A stretch of DNA of 34,090 nucleotides from a virus (Duplodnaviria; Caudoviricetes). A program made the position numbers and the translations under genes. Numbering within the stretch: the first letter of the stretch is position 1; each line of letters starts with the position of its first letter. The notes beneath the pieces are model-generated. The model had not been told where the DNA came from. It searched no databases and was given only the letters and a program-made list of their open reading frames with translations. Below, in pieces: positions 33,436-34,090 of the stretch. The stretch is taken from positions 1 to 34,090 of IMG/VR virus record IMGVR_UViG_3300012347_000486; one strand, 5' to 3'.

Positions 33436-33566
33436 TCGGCGTAATTAACCGAGACAGTAAGTAGTAGATGACCTCGCCACCACGGTCGTCTTTGCAGTGT
33501 ATACTGCGTCAGGAAGCTCGAAAGGGTAACTTGAGAAACACTGGGGTAAGAATCCCAATTGTTGGT
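33436..33566 (+). ncRNA. unassigned structured RNA
   Basis: consecutive hairpins AGATGACC/GGTCGTCT, GCAGT/ACTGC, GCTC-GAAA-GGGT, TGGG/CCCA. Confidence 0.4.
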
Positions 33567-33578
33567 GTGCAGAATTAT

Positions 33579-33657
33579 TCCGGAAAACCCGAGCAAGGTG
33601 CATGGGCTTGACTGTTAATCAATGGTTAGGTGGGTTCGATTCCCACATCCGGAGCCA
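33579..33657 (+). tRNA. tRNA-Asn(GTT)
   Basis: TTGA-CT-GTT-AA-TCAA, GTGGG-TTCGATT-CCCAC, GCCA. Confidence 0.9.
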
Positions 33658-33662
33658 GTTAG

Positions 33663-33781
33663 AGGATACTTGCAGCAATGTCTAACGACACGTTGGTTCG
33701 AATCCAACTCCACGCGATTCGCGTAGATCGCTCAGCGGTTGAGCAAAAGCTTCAAAAGCTTTCGAAAAAGGTATCCTGTTA
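33663..33781 (+). ncRNA. CWGCAA-stem RNA 2: circularly permuted tRNA-Leu(CAA)-like cloverleaf
   Basis: AGGATACT/GGTATCCT stem; order is variable arm, T arm, loop-closed acceptor, D arm, anticodon arm AAAGC-TT-CAA-AA-GCTTT. Confidence 0.75.
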
Positions 33782-33794
33782 TATTTGACCATCT

Positions 33795-33917
33795 AGGTTT
33801 GTTTCAGCAATTTTAAATAATCTTTCTATGAAAAAGAAGTTCTGGGTTCGAATCCCAGCGTTAGAGTTGGTCTTCTAATGTGGTGTAATGGTAACACGTA
33901 AAAAAGCAAACCTGTTA
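33795..33917 (+). ncRNA. CWGCAA-stem RNA 3: circularly permuted tRNA-like cloverleaf with an ATG anticodon
   Basis: AGGTTTGT/GCAAACCT stem; order is anticodon arm TCTTT-CT-ATG-AA-AAAGA, T arm, loop-closed acceptor, D arm. Confidence 0.75.
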
Positions 33918-33924
33918 ATTTTGT

Positions 33925-33999
33925 TGGCGTGTGGTGTAATTGGTAACACAACAGACTTTGACTCTGTCGTCTCAGGTTCGATCCCTGACACGCCTGCCA
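33925..33999 (+). tRNA. tRNA-Gln(TTG)
   Basis: ACAGA-CT-TTG-AC-TCTGT, TCAGG-TTCGATC-CCTGA, GCCA. Confidence 0.95.
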
Positions 34000-34011
34000 G
34001 AATACTTAGGT

Positions 34012-34082
34012 GTGACTATGATGTAGCGGTAGCATCTCAGATTGTGATTCTGATCGTACGGGTTCAACTCCCGTTAGTCACC
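34012..34082 (+). tRNA. tRNA-His(GTG), no encoded G-1 or CCA
   Basis: GTGACTA/TAGTCAC acceptor, TCAGA-TT-GTG-AT-TCTGA, C73 discriminator. Confidence 0.9.
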
Positions 34083-34090
34083 CCTAAGTA

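Noticed and set aside
33663-33917. Ordinary tRNA-Leu/tRNA-His genes or decayed tRNA pseudogenes
   Set aside because: The arms are intact but in permuted order, the acceptor is loop-closed, and both are enclosed by the same conserved handle, which random decay would not produce.
1-34090. Stop-codon reassignment, introns or inteins
   Set aside because: Conserved genes translate full-length in the standard code at expected sizes, and no suppressor anticodon was seen among the tRNAs.

Overview
This window is a fragment of a large T4-like (myovirus-type) dsDNA phage genome, almost entirely coded on the + strand. From left to right it contains: (1) small accessory genes including a tandem paralog family (1-2774); (2) a ~1.3-kb mostly non-coding region with clustered DnaA-box matches, CCAAA-N5-TTTGG palindromes and back-to-back promoters (2775-4170), a candidate origin or genome-end region; (3) an array of one- or two-gene cassettes, each behind a copy of a repeated sigma70 promoter/RBS module (4100-10260); (4) an NAD-salvage and RNA-repair/modification island (SPFH protein, NadM-Nudix, RlmN-like radical SAM, macrodomain, NAMPT, NYN nuclease, RNA ligase, nucleotidyltransferase); (5) a probable 7-deazaguanine/nucleotide-modification cluster (FolE, QueD-like, TGT/DpdA-like, dNMP kinase, dUTPase/dCTP deaminase, glycosyltransferase); (6) the T4 core gp45-dsbA-gp44-gp62-regA; (7) the start of a tRNA cluster with 9 tRNAs. 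Three unannotated elements stand out. First, upstream of the tRNA cluster is a 43-codon leader ORF whose first 32 codons encode all 20 amino acids (Met via the initiator); it overlaps an antiterminator/terminator switch, suggesting a ribosome-stalling attenuator that senses loss of any tRNA. Second, three tRNA-mimic RNAs share an AGG-N7-CWGCAA...CCUGUUA closing stem: two are circularly permuted full cloverleafs and one is a bare Lys anticodon stem-loop. Third, the same GAUAGAC-hairpin plus SD-hairpin leader precedes both NAD-salvage genes. All calls were made by eye from motifs; no searches or folding programs were run.
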